This document shows, one piece after another, positions 52,310-62,200 of a stretch of DNA of 64,000 nucleotides. A program made the position numbers and the translations under genes. The DNA lies in contig CANJRG010000012.1 in NCBI GenBank assembly GCA_947476745.1, forward strand, positions 20,256 to 84,255, read 5' to 3'. Every line of letters starts with the position of its first letter. Position 1 is the stretch's first letter. The notes beneath the pieces were generated by a model that saw nothing but the letters and a program-made list of their open reading frames with translations, was not told the origin of the DNA and searched no databases. This DNA is from Acidimicrobiia bacterium (GTDB lineage Bacteria > Actinomycetota > Acidimicrobiia > Acidimicrobiales > CAIXPF01).

Positions 52310-52738
52310 GTGAGCAGCGTGAAAAAAGCCTGGGACATGGTCGACGAAGCGAAGCGGGAGATCGACAACCTCTCCGCCGAGCAGGTGAAGGCGGAACTCG
52401 ATGCGGGCACTGCCACTGTGGTCGACATCCGCGACTTTCGCGAGCTGTACCTCAAGGGCATGGTCCCGGGTGCGTTCCACTGCGACCGGGGCATGCTCGA
52501 GTTCTGGATCGATCCGGCCAGCGAGTACTACCGCGAGGTCTTCAAGCCTGAGCAGCGCTACATCCTCTACTGCGCCGGCGGCGGCCGTTCGGCGCTGTCG
52601 GCCAAGACCATGAAGGACATGGGATACACCAACGTCGCCCATCTCGAGTCCGGTTTCGGCGGCTGGGCAGCGGCCGGCCTGCCGATCGAGGAGCAGAAGA
52701 CTGGCTCGAAGTGGGTGCTGCGCTCCGACGTCTCCTGA
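52310..52738 (+). CDS. Rhodanese-domain sulfurtransferase
   Basis: GTG 52310 lies 6 nt after AGGTGA. An alternative ATG exists at 52337. Active-site loop YCAGGGRS (C-X5-R/S). Confidence 0.8.
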   Translation: MSSVKKAWDMVDEAKREIDNLSAEQVKAELDAGTATVVDIRDFRELYLKGMVPGAFHCDRGMLEFWIDPASEYYREVFKPEQRYILYCAGGGRSALSAKTMKDMGYTNVAHLESGFGGWAAAGLPIEEQKTGSKWVLRSDVS

Positions 52739-52831
52739 GCCGGCTGGCGTCCGGTGACGCCGGTTCCGACCGACCGGAAGGGGGTGGCGCCGCTGGCGCC
52801 ACCCCCTTCTGCGTCGGCCGGCTCGACCTGT

Positions 52832-53413
52832 TCAGCGGCCCATGGCGTAGAACTCGGCGTTCGGGCGCATGCCGGTGACGTTCGCCATGCGGTTCGACAA
52901 CGCGAAAAAGGCGGCGATGGCGCCGATGTCCCAGATGTCCTCGTCGCTGAAGCCGTGGCCGCGCAACTCGGCGAAATCGGCATCGTTCACCTCCGCCGAA
53001 CGTTCCGCCACCTTGACGGCGAAGGCCAGCATCGCCTGTTGACGAGCGTTGAGGTCGGACTTTAGGTAGTTGATCGCCACCTGGTCCGCGACGAGCGGGT
53101 TCTTCATCCGGATCCGGGCGATGGCGCCGTGGGCCACCACGCAGTACTGGCAGCTGTTGCGGGCCGACGTCGCCACAACGATGAGCTCGCGCTCACCCTT
53201 GGACAGACCGCTCTCCTTCTCCATCAGGGTGTCGTGATAGGCCATGAATGCCCGGAACTCGTCGGGCCGGTGAGCCAGCACCAGGAACACGTTGGGCACG
53301 AAGCCCGACTTGGCCGACACCGCCTCGATCCGGGCACGGATGTCGTCGGGCAGTTCGGCCAGCTCCGGGACAGGGAAACGGCTGATGGGCAGATCGGTGC
53401 TCGGGTCGGTCAC
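52832..53413 (-). CDS. Carboxymuconolactone decarboxylase / AhpD-like peroxidase-related protein
   Basis: GTG 53413. The CQYCVVAH CxxC motif and overall pattern resemble the peroxidase-related-enzyme subfamily. Confidence 0.8.
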   Translation of the reverse strand: MTDPSTDLPISRFPVPELAELPDDIRARIEAVSAKSGFVPNVFLVLAHRPDEFRAFMAYHDTLMEKESGLSKGERELIVVATSARNSCQYCVVAHGAIARIRMKNPLVADQVAINYLKSDLNARQQAMLAFAVKVAERSAEVNDADFAELRGHGFSDEDIWDIGAIAAFFALSNRMANVTGMRPNAEFYAMGR

Positions 53414-53423
53414 GCCCCGAACG

Positions 53424-54845
53424 TTACCCGGCGTTCGAACCCGCGCCTCCCGGCGCGGCGTCGACCACGACGCCTGCGCTGACCGGCGACGGCCCGTCCC
53501 CCGGTATCGCAGCGCCCGGGGTCCCAGCACCCGTCGCCGCCGGCGCGTCCTCGATCGGAACGGTGACACCGACCGGTGACTCGCTCAGGGCTGGTAACCA
53601 GATCGAGAACGTCGCACCAGCACCGAGCGCCGAACGCAATCCCACCGACCCACCGTGACCCTTGGCGATCTGCCGGACGATCGTCAGGCCCAGCCCCGAA
53701 TGCCCTTCAGAGCGGGCTCGGGCCGGATCGCCGCGATAGAACCGCTCGAACACCTTGGCATGGTCCTCCGGCGCAATGCCCGGACCCTGGTCCTGCACCG
53801 CCATCCACACCCAGGATCCCTCCAGCCCGGCGGCCACCTGGATGAGGGTCGACGGCGGCGCCAGTCGCACCGCGTTGGCCAGCAGGTTGGCGAGCGCCTG
53901 TTTGAGGGCCACCGGGTCGCCGTGGACCAGCAACCCGGCCGAACTGTGCGCGGTCAGCTGCAGACCGCGGGCCTCGGCCGGTGCCAAGAACTCGCCGGCG
54001 GACTCGGCCACGACGGCCGCGACATCCACCACAGTTTCCCGTTCGGCCGGCGCCTCGCGACGTGCGTACACAAGTAGGTCCTCGACGAGCACCGCAATAC
54101 GTGCCGCCGCACGATCGACCACGGTCAGGGTGTCGCGCAGTTCCTCGGCCGAGGCGTCGACGTCGGCCAGCGCCACCTCCACGTTGGTCCGGATCACCGC
54201 GATCGGGTTGCGTAACTCGTGGGACGCCTCGTGGATGAAGCGACGCTGGCTCTCGAAGGCCTCGTCGATCCGGTCGAGCATCTCGTCGAAGGTGTCGGCC
54301 ATCGCCTTCAGTTCGTCGTCGGGCCCTCCGAGCCGGATACGCCGTGAAAGGTCGGTGGCACCGATCTCACGGGCAACCTTGGTCAGCCGTCCGACCGGTC
54401 GAAGCACCTGGCCCGACAACACCCAGCCGATGACCATCGACAGCAGGAACAGGCCACCGAGGCCGACATAGGAGTAGAGGCGGAAACGCTCGAGTGCCCG
54501 CTGGTTGACCAGCCTCTCGAACACTTTGACCTCGCTCACCACCTCGACCTCCTGCACCGAGCTGGTGAGCTCGCACAGCAGCAGGCCTCGCATCTGGTAG
54601 CAGGCCGGATCACCCGGCACGGTCTGCAGCTCGGTCTCCGTCACCGGCTGATTGGCCAGCGATTCCGACATCCCGACGTACACCAGGGCCACCACGACGG
54701 CGCCGAGACCGAAGACCACCGCCGAGTACAGCAACGACAGTCTGACCCGGACCGAGGTCCACCCCAGCGAGCGCGAGCGCCGGCTGGACGACGTGGCCGA
54801 ACCCGATGCACCTCGGCGACGGCTCGACGACGCTCGCCAGGTCAT
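53424..54845 (-). CDS. Sensor histidine kinase (two TM helices, HAMP, HisKA, HATPase)
   Basis: 473 aa. H-box ASHELRNPI, N-box LANAVR and G-boxes DQGPGI/GLGLTIV. Confidence 0.88.
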   Translation of the reverse strand: MTWRASSSRRRGASGSATSSSRRSRSLGWTSVRVRLSLLYSAVVFGLGAVVVALVYVGMSESLANQPVTETELQTVPGDPACYQMRGLLLCELTSSVQEVEVVSEVKVFERLVNQRALERFRLYSYVGLGGLFLLSMVIGWVLSGQVLRPVGRLTKVAREIGATDLSRRIRLGGPDDELKAMADTFDEMLDRIDEAFESQRRFIHEASHELRNPIAVIRTNVEVALADVDASAEELRDTLTVVDRAAARIAVLVEDLLVYARREAPAERETVVDVAAVVAESAGEFLAPAEARGLQLTAHSSAGLLVHGDPVALKQALANLLANAVRLAPPSTLIQVAAGLEGSWVWMAVQDQGPGIAPEDHAKVFERFYRGDPARARSEGHSGLGLTIVRQIAKGHGGSVGLRSALGAGATFSIWLPALSESPVGVTVPIEDAPAATGAGTPGAAIPGDGPSPVSAGVVVDAAPGGAGSNAG

Positions 54846-55528
54846 GTCGGAGACGCTTCGACGAGCAGCCGGTACCCGCTGCCGATAAGGGTCTCGATCA
54901 GCGGAACCTCACCCTCGAGGCTGACTTTTCGCCGTAAGGTCCCCACCGTCACCCGCACGGTGTTGGTGAACGGGTCGGCATTGGTGTCCCAGACGTGTTC
55001 GAGCAGTCGTTCCTGGGACAGCACCTCACCGGGGTAGGTCATGAAGTACCGGAGCAGCGCGAACTCTTTGGCGGTCAGCTCCAACGGACGGCCGTTTCGC
55101 CGGGCCTCGTGGCGGGCCGCGTCGAGCTCCATGGGGCCAACGCGGATCAGCGCGCTGGTATGCGAACTGTCGCGGCGCAACAACGTCCGCACCCGCGCCG
55201 ACAGCTCGGCGAAGGCAAAGGGCTTGACGAGGTAGTCGTCGGCACCCACGTCGAGTCCCGCCACCCGATCGCTGATGGCGTCGCGGGCAGTCAGCATCAG
55301 TATCCGGGGCTGGACCCGGTCCATCGTGCGGATCTCCCGGCACACGTCGAGGCCATCGATGCCGGGCATGGTCAGATCAAGACACACCAGGTCGTACTCG
55401 TTGATCGCGACCACGTCGAGTGCCTCCTGACCCGACGACGCGACGTCCACCGCGTACCCCTCGCGGCGCAGCCCCTTGGCCACCGCCTGGGCCAGATCGC
55501 TCTCATCATCGACAACCAGCAAGCGCAT
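54842..55528 (-). CDS. OmpR-family response regulator
   Basis: ATG 55528 (MRLLVVDDESDLA...). Receiver Asp in LDLTMPG and a winged-helix C-terminus. The stop overlaps the kinase start (ATGA). Confidence 0.92.
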   Translation of the reverse strand: MRLLVVDDESDLAQAVAKGLRREGYAVDVASSGQEALDVVAINEYDLVCLDLTMPGIDGLDVCREIRTMDRVQPRILMLTARDAISDRVAGLDVGADDYLVKPFAFAELSARVRTLLRRDSSHTSALIRVGPMELDAARHEARRNGRPLELTAKEFALLRYFMTYPGEVLSQERLLEHVWDTNADPFTNTVRVTVGTLRRKVSLEGEVPLIETLIGSGYRLLVEASPT

Positions 55529-55868
55529 GTGGCTACCTGTCTTCCCTCTCCACGGCGGGTCGCACGGCCCATCGGACCGAGGCCCGGTCACAGCCCTATC
55601 GTGAACGTCATAGTCGGTGGTGGCCTGCTCGGTGATGACCGTCATCGGCAGGACATCCTTCGGCACCGGACAAGTCGGGCCTTTACCCCCGTCTTCACCG
55701 TGCAGTGATTGGGTACCGAATGACAGCGAAAAGGGTTCGAAAGAACCGGAAGGACGCCACCGTGGTGACGTCACCGGTGTCCACGACCCACCCACCGGTC
55801 CCAACGGGGGCCTCCAGACCAAGGACATCACGTTGACCGTGCCGTACTCCTCCACTGCCGCTGCGGCA

Positions 55869-57260
55869 ATGACCCCCGAGGCCAAGCAACTCGAGACCGC
55901 CCTGTTCGAGGTGAAACGAGTGATCGTCGGCCAGGAGCGGGCCATCGAACGGCTGTTCATCTGCCTGCTCGCCCAGGGGCACTGCCTGCTCGAGGGTGTG
56001 CCCGGTCTGGCGAAAACGTTGGCCATGGAGACCTTGGCCACGGTGTCGGGCGGATCGTTCACCCGGATCCAGTTCACCCCGGATCTGATGCCCGCCGACA
56101 TCGTCGGCACCCGCATCTACCGAACCCAGACCGAGCAGTTCGACGTCGAACTCGGGCCGGTCTTCGCCAACTTCGTGCTCGCCGACGAGGTGAACCGGGC
56201 TCCCGCCAAGGTTCAGTCGGCGCTGTTGGAAGTGATGGCCGAACACCAGGTCTCCATCGGCGGTCGGACCTTCGAGGCGCCCCAGCCCTTCATGGTGCTC
56301 GCCACCCAGAACCCGGTCGAACAGGAGGGCGTCTACCCCCTCCCCGAGGCCCAGCGCGATCGCTTCCTGATGAAGGTCACCGTCGGCTACCCCAGCCCGG
56401 CCGAGGAGGTCGAGATCGTCAACCGCATGGGCGTACAGCCGCCGGTGCCCCGTAGGGTGCTTGACCCCGACTTGATCAAGGCGCTGCAGGACACCGCCCG
56501 GAACGTCTACGTCGACCGCGGGGTGGTGGACTACGCGGTGAACCTGGTGCTGGCCACCCGGGATCCGCAGCAGTACGGCCTGCCGGAGTTGACCGAGCTG
56601 ATCGAGTACGGGGCGAGCCCCCGCGCCAGCCTCGGCCTGGTGGCCGCCGGCCGCGCCCTGGCCTTGATGCGGGGACGGCGCTACGCCCTGCCGCAGGACG
56701 TGTTCGACGTGGCCCCGGAGATCCTCCGTCACCGACTGGTTCTGAGCTACGAGGCCGTGGCCCAGGGCCTGCACGTCGATCAGATCACCGCCCGGATCCT
56801 CTCCACCATTCCAGCCCCCCGGGTGGCGCCGAGCCAGGACCCCTTCCACGCGGCCGGGTACACCCCGGCCCAGCCGGCCGGATGGCCTGCTGCGGACGAC
56901 CCGTACCGCGCCCCGGCCACCATCGTTCCCCTGGCACCCACCGCCTCGATCAGTACCGATCGGTACGGCCCGCGGGCCGAGGTGATCGTGCCCCCACCGC
57001 CGCCCGCCCCGCTCGGCGCCCCGATCCCGGCCCCGCTCACCGCCCCAATCCCAGCGACCGAGCCCGGCCCGGCAACCGGCGCGACGGCCAACCCCCTGCC
57101 CGCTCCCCCGCCGGCACCGGCGCCCACCGGGGCCGCGCCCGTCGTGCCGGAGCCCGCCGGTGCCGCCGGCCTACCCACGCTGCCCGGCCCGGGCCCCGGC
57201 TCCGGCTCCGGCGACAGCGACGGCGAGGAACCGACCGACCGGCTGGCCAGCGGATCATGA
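55869..57260 (+). CDS. MoxR-family AAA+ ATPase with a ~130-aa Pro/Ala-rich C-terminal tail
   Basis: ATG 55869. VIVGQERAIERLFICLLAQGHCLLEGVPGLAKT (Walker A) and FVLADEVNRAPAKVQSALLEVM (Walker B / sensor). Confidence 0.9.
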   Translation: MTPEAKQLETALFEVKRVIVGQERAIERLFICLLAQGHCLLEGVPGLAKTLAMETLATVSGGSFTRIQFTPDLMPADIVGTRIYRTQTEQFDVELGPVFANFVLADEVNRAPAKVQSALLEVMAEHQVSIGGRTFEAPQPFMVLATQNPVEQEGVYPLPEAQRDRFLMKVTVGYPSPAEEVEIVNRMGVQPPVPRRVLDPDLIKALQDTARNVYVDRGVVDYAVNLVLATRDPQQYGLPELTELIEYGASPRASLGLVAAGRALALMRGRRYALPQDVFDVAPEILRHRLVLSYEAVAQGLHVDQITARILSTIPAPRVAPSQDPFHAAGYTPAQPAGWPAADDPYRAPATIVPLAPTASISTDRYGPRAEVIVPPPPPAPLGAPIPAPLTAPIPATEPGPATGATANPLPAPPPAPAPTGAAPVVPEPAGAAGLPTLPGPGPGSGSGDSDGEEPTDRLASGS

Positions 57261-58243
57261 GCGCCACCGGCGATGTCACCGCACGGATCGACCCCTACGG
57301 CCTGGCGTTCGGCCAGGGTCGATCGGCGGAGGTCCTCCGACGGCTGGACCTGCTGGTGAACCGCCGCCTCGATGGCGTGCTGCAGGGCGACTACCGGGGG
57401 TTGGTACCCGGCCACGGCAGCGAACCGGGCGAGGCCCGCCGCTACCAGCCCGGCGACGACGTCCGGCGCATCGACTGGAACGTGACCGCTCGTAGCCTCG
57501 ACACCCACGTCCGCGAGACCATCGCCGATCGGGAACTCGAGACCTGGGTCCTGCTCGACCAGTCGCCGAGTCTCGACTTCGGTACTGCGCGGTATCTCAA
57601 GCAGGAGTTGGCCCTGATCGCACTGGCGGGGATGGGGTTCCTGACCGCACGGACCGGCAATCGCTTCGGCGCCGTGTTCGCCGGTGCAGACCCTAGGCCA
57701 GAGGTGGTACCGGCACGGAGCGGCCGGACCCACCTCCTCGGCCTGTTGCACCGGGCGGCCAACGCCCCCGCCGACCACGGTGGCACCCCGACCCCGGATC
57801 GCTCCGTGGGCCGAACCGAGCTCGGTTCGGCCATCGAACGGATGACCGCACTGCACCGGCGCCGCGGCCTGGCCGTGGTCATCTCCGATTTCCTGTCCGC
57901 TGACGACTGGGCCCAGCCGCTGGCTCGTCTGGCCACCCGCCACGAGACCCTGGCGATCGAGATCGTCGATCCCCGGGAACTCGAACTGCCCGCGGTCGGG
58001 GTGCTCACCCTCGTGGACCCCGAGACGGGCCGACGCCGCGAGGTGCAGACCTCCTCGGCCAAGCTGCGCGCCCGTTACGCCGAGGCGGCTGCGGCCCAGC
58101 GGGCCACCATCGCGGCCGCGATCCGGTCTGCCGGCGCTGACCATCTGGTCCTGCGCACCGACCGTGACTGGCTCACCGACCTGATCCGATTCGTCACCCT
58201 GCGCCGTGAGCGCGCAGCCCGCCTTCCCCGGAGCAAGCCATGA
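57257..58243 (+). CDS. DUF58 domain protein (MoxR-associated)
   Basis: ATG 57257 overlaps the moxR stop (ATGA). GEARRYQPGDDVRRIDWNVTARS is the DUF58 hallmark. Confidence 0.85.
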   Translation: MSATGDVTARIDPYGLAFGQGRSAEVLRRLDLLVNRRLDGVLQGDYRGLVPGHGSEPGEARRYQPGDDVRRIDWNVTARSLDTHVRETIADRELETWVLLDQSPSLDFGTARYLKQELALIALAGMGFLTARTGNRFGAVFAGADPRPEVVPARSGRTHLLGLLHRAANAPADHGGTPTPDRSVGRTELGSAIERMTALHRRRGLAVVISDFLSADDWAQPLARLATRHETLAIEIVDPRELELPAVGVLTLVDPETGRRREVQTSSAKLRARYAEAAAAQRATIAAAIRSAGADHLVLRTDRDWLTDLIRFVTLRRERAARLPRSKP

Positions 58244-59193
58244 CCCTGATCGCCCCCCAGTGGCTGATGCTGCTGGCCGCCGTGGCCACCCTCGCGGTGG
58301 TCTACCTGGTCGCCCAGCGGCGCCGCAGCGACTACGCCGTCCGCTTCACCAACCTCGACCTGCTCGACAAGGTCGCCCCCAAACGGCCGGGCTGGCGACG
58401 CCATGCTCCCGCTGCCGCCCTGCTGCTGGCGTTGAGCAGCCTGGTCATCGCCCTGGCCCGGCCGGCGACCATCCAGAAGGTGCCGCGGGAGCGGGCCACG
58501 ATCGTCGTCGCCATCGACACCTCGCTGTCGATGATGGCGGAGGATGTCAGCCCCAACCGCTTCGACGCAGCCAAGGAGGCAGCCTCGTCGTTCGTGGACC
58601 TACTGCCGGACAAGATCAACGTCGGCCTGGTGTCCTTCAACCGCACCGCCAGCGTCCTGGTGTCGCCCACCAATGACCACGACTCGGTCAAGCAGGCCAT
58701 CAACGGGCTGCGGCTCGATCAGGGAACCGCCATCGGCGAAGCGATCTTCGCCTCCATGCAGGCAATCGGCAGCGTCCCCGCCGGCAACGGCGACGAGCCG
58801 GCACCGGGGCGCATCGTGCTGATGTCCGACGGCGAGACCACCGCCGGCCGGCCCGATGATGCTGCCACAACCGTCGCCCTCGAACGGGACATCCCCGTCT
58901 CGACCATCGCCTTCGGGACCGCCACCGGCACGATTGTGGTGCCCGGGGAGGACCGCAGGATCAACGTCCCGGTGAACGAGGACGCCCTGCGGGTCATCGC
59001 CGAGAAGACCAACGGCACGTTCTTCACCGCCGCCACTGCCGAGCAACTCAAGAAGGTCTACGCCGACATCGGCTCCTCGATCGGCTACAAGCAGGCCGAA
59101 CGCGAAATCGGCGGTTGGTTCGTCGCCGGGGCGGTCGGTGCATTGTTCGTGGCGGCGATCTTCTCGCTGCTGTGGTTCAGCCGCCTGCCCTGA
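58240..59193 (+). CDS. VWA-domain membrane protein (BatA-like)
   Basis: ATGA overlap with DUF58. N- and C-terminal TM helices and MIDAS DTSLSM...T...D. Confidence 0.85.
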   Translation: MTLIAPQWLMLLAAVATLAVVYLVAQRRRSDYAVRFTNLDLLDKVAPKRPGWRRHAPAAALLLALSSLVIALARPATIQKVPRERATIVVAIDTSLSMMAEDVSPNRFDAAKEAASSFVDLLPDKINVGLVSFNRTASVLVSPTNDHDSVKQAINGLRLDQGTAIGEAIFASMQAIGSVPAGNGDEPAPGRIVLMSDGETTAGRPDDAATTVALERDIPVSTIAFGTATGTIVVPGEDRRINVPVNEDALRVIAEKTNGTFFTAATAEQLKKVYADIGSSIGYKQAEREIGGWFVAGAVGALFVAAIFSLLWFSRLP

Positions 59194-59207
59194 CCACCGG
59201 GGTGGCC

Positions 59208-59240
59208 GACGATGGCCGGGACTCGTTCCCGGCCATCGTC
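59208..59240. terminator. 14-bp perfect stem-loop between the convergent VWA and smc genes (candidate bidirectional terminator)
   Basis: GACGATGGCCGGGA-CTCGT-TCCCGGCCATCGTC, read directly. There is no U-tract on either side. Confidence 0.55.
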
Positions 59241-59274
59241 GCGTCCCACAAACAATGACGCCGGGGCCCGGGGC

Positions 59275-62200
59275 TCAGCTCGCCGAGCGCAGGCGCTCGC
59301 TGACCACCTTGGAGCTCTCACCCGGCTTCATCGAGACCCCGTAGAGACAGTCGGCGATCTCCATCGTGCGCTGCTGGTGGCTGACCACGAGCAGCTGCGC
59401 CTCGCCACGGAACTCCTCGAGCAGAGCCAGGAAACGTCGCAGGTTGACCTCGTCGAGCGCCGCCTCGACCTCGTCCATCACGTAGAACGGCGAGGGCCGG
59501 CTCCGGAAGATGGCGAAGAGCAGGCCAAGGGCGGTGAGCGAACGCTCGCCGCCGGAAAGCAACGAGAGCTTGCGGACGTTCTTGCCCGAGGGCTTGGCCT
59601 CGACCTCGATACCGGTGTTGAGCAGGTCGTCGGGGGTGGTCAGACGCAGCGCACCGGTGCCACCGGGGAACAGGGTGGCGAACAAGCTCTCGAAGTGACC
59701 GGCCACATCGGCAAAGGCGGCCGCGAAGGTGTTGGTGATCTCCTCGTCGATTGCCCTGATGACCTTCTGGAGCTCCCGGGCCGACGCCTTCACATCGGCG
59801 ACCTGGCTCTCGATGAGGGCATTGCGCTCCTCGAGCGCCCGGTGCTCCTCGACGGCGAGCGGGTTGATCGGCCCAAGCGCCGCCAGCTCGCGTTCCAGCT
59901 CGGCCACCCGGGCGGCAGGCGAGGTCCCTTCTGGCAGCTCGGGACAGGTCAGAGCCAGCAGTTGGTCGGCTTCGACCGCCAGCTCACGGGCGATGCGTTC
60001 GAGCAGGGACTCCAACCGGACCGACACCTCGGCCTGCTCCAGCTCGGCCCGCGATGCCACCTCGCGCTGTTCGTTCATGGCCCGTTCCGCCGCGGCCCGC
60101 TGCAGTCGCAGCGCCTCGAGCTGCCGTCCGACCTCGCGGGCAGCCTCGGAGAGCCGACGTCGTTCGGCCTGCAGCAGCTCGGCGCCGGCGGCGATCCGCT
60201 CCGCCCAGGACTGCACCACGACCGCCAGTCGTTCGAGCACCACGAGGCGCTGCTCGGCTCGCTCGCGCTCCTGTTCGGCGTCCTGCCGGGAACGACGGGT
60301 GACCTCGAGGCGCCGGACCAGATCGCGGCGCCGGTCGGTCAGGCCGGCGATCCGCTGGGAGACCTGGGCGACCTGGACCTCGAGCTCCATCCGGCGCCGG
60401 CCCGCCTCGAGCCGGCGGCGATCGAGGTCGGCCTCCGCCGCAGCGCGGGCCTCGGCCCTCGCCGCTTCGTCGCGTTCAGCCGCTTCGAGGCTCGGCAGCA
60501 GCTCCTCGAGCTCGCCGAGCCGCCGGCGATCCCGCTGGTTACGTTCGTCGATAGAGCCGAGTTGGCTGCGCACCGTCGTGAGATCGCGTTGCAGGTCGGC
60601 CACTGCCTTGTCGGCGCGCTGCAGAGCTGCCACCGCGGCGCGGCGCCGGCCGGCATGTTCGTCGGAGGCCCGGACCGCCTGCTCGTGGGCGGCGCGAGCG
60701 GCCCGCGCCTCCTGCCGGGCGATCTCGAGCGCATGCCGCGCCGGTTCCACTGCGGCCGAAGCGGTCTCGGCCAGCGAGTGGGCCTCCTCCAGCATCGCCC
60801 CGGTGACGCCGGTACTGGAGTTGCCGACGCGCCAGCCCTGCGGGCCGAACCGGTCGCCGCGGTCGGTGACGACCACCAACTCGGGATGGCGCTCGGCGAT
60901 CGTCAAGGCCGCCCCCCAGTCGCCCGCCACCCGGACGGCATCGGCCAGCAGCACGTCGAGCAACGCGTCGACCTCGGCCTGCCGCCCGCGCACATGGGGA
61001 CGGATGGGCTCGACCCCGACCGCGACGGCGGCCGAGGCAGCCCCGGCAGCGCCCCGACCGTGGCCGGCGGCCAGTACGGCACCACCCTGGGACGAACCGG
61101 AGAGCAGCTCCAGCGCCGCACGAGCGACACCGACGTCGTGGACCACCACCGCCGTGAGTGCCTCACCGGCAGCGGCTTCGAACACGGCCTCCCAGCCTGC
61201 GTCGATGTCGATGGCGTCGAGCAGGGTACCGACCACCCCGTCGAGCCGGCTGAGACGGGCGGCACCAGCCCGGGCGCGAGCAGCATCGAGGGCGTTGGCC
61301 AGGACCTCGACCCGGGCCTGGTTGCCCCGGGCGACAGCCTGGGTCTCGCGTAAAGCCTCCTCTGCGCGGGTCAGTTCGTCCTCGGTGGCCTGGCGCAACG
61401 CCTTGGCTCGTTCGACGGTGCGGGCCAACTCGTCCTCGACGGTGTCGGCGTCGACCTCCCCGGCCTCGTGGCGGGAGCGTTCCCCATCGGCCTCGCCCAG
61501 CCGGGTGGCGAGCGATGTCTCGCGGTCACCAAGCCGCCCCACCTCACCGCCGGAGCGGTCGAGGCCAGAGCGCAAGGCCGACAGCTCCCGGCGAACCTCG
61601 GCGGCGCGGGCCACCACGGGGTCGACGCCGCCCTCGAACGGCGCCAGCAACGCCTCGCGTTCGGACAGGACCGTCGTCTCGGACTCAACCGCCTCGTCCC
61701 GCGACGGCTCGAGGCCGTCGAGAGCATCGGTGGCGTCCTCGAGGGCCTGTGCCACCTCGTCGAGCTCGTCGCCCAGCGCCGCCACCGGGTCGTCGTCGAA
61801 ACGCAGTGAGGCCAGCCGCTGCGCGCTCCGCCGACGTTCGGTCAGCACGGCGTCGAGGCCGCGGGCCCGCTCGCGGGTGGTGTCGAACCTCGCCAGCAGC
61901 TCGGTGACCTCGCGGGCGCCGTGGCGGCGCAGCTCGGCCTCGGTCCGGGCGATCTGGCTGTCGAGCCGGACCAGCTGGCTCGACTGACCGGCGACGAGTT
62001 CGGTGGCCTGGGCCCGGCGCGCGGTGACCGCCTCGAGACGGTTGCGCAGCGCTGTCAGCTCCTCACCGGCCAGGAACGCGCGCAGGGCGGCGAGCTCACC
62101 GGCCAGCGTCTCGTGGCGCTGCGCGGCGCGGGCCTGCTTCTCCAACGGGCGGAGCTGGCGACGCAGCTCGCGTTGCAGGTCGTTCACTCGTGCCAGGTCG

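Noticed and set aside
55529-56116. Long N-terminal extensions of the response regulator (424-aa ORF) and of MoxR (from ATG 55617)
   Set aside because: The extensions cross the divergent promoter region and each other's coding sequence and have no domain content. The canonical receiver (MRLLVVDDE) and MoxR N-termini begin at 55528 and 55869.
59212-61987. Two long plus-strand ORFs (713 aa and 752 aa) opposite smc
   Set aside because: They are antisense or alternative-frame shadows of the SMC coiled-coil region. Their composition is Ser/Arg/Ala-rich or Gly/Arg-rich with no domains. smc on the minus strand is certain.
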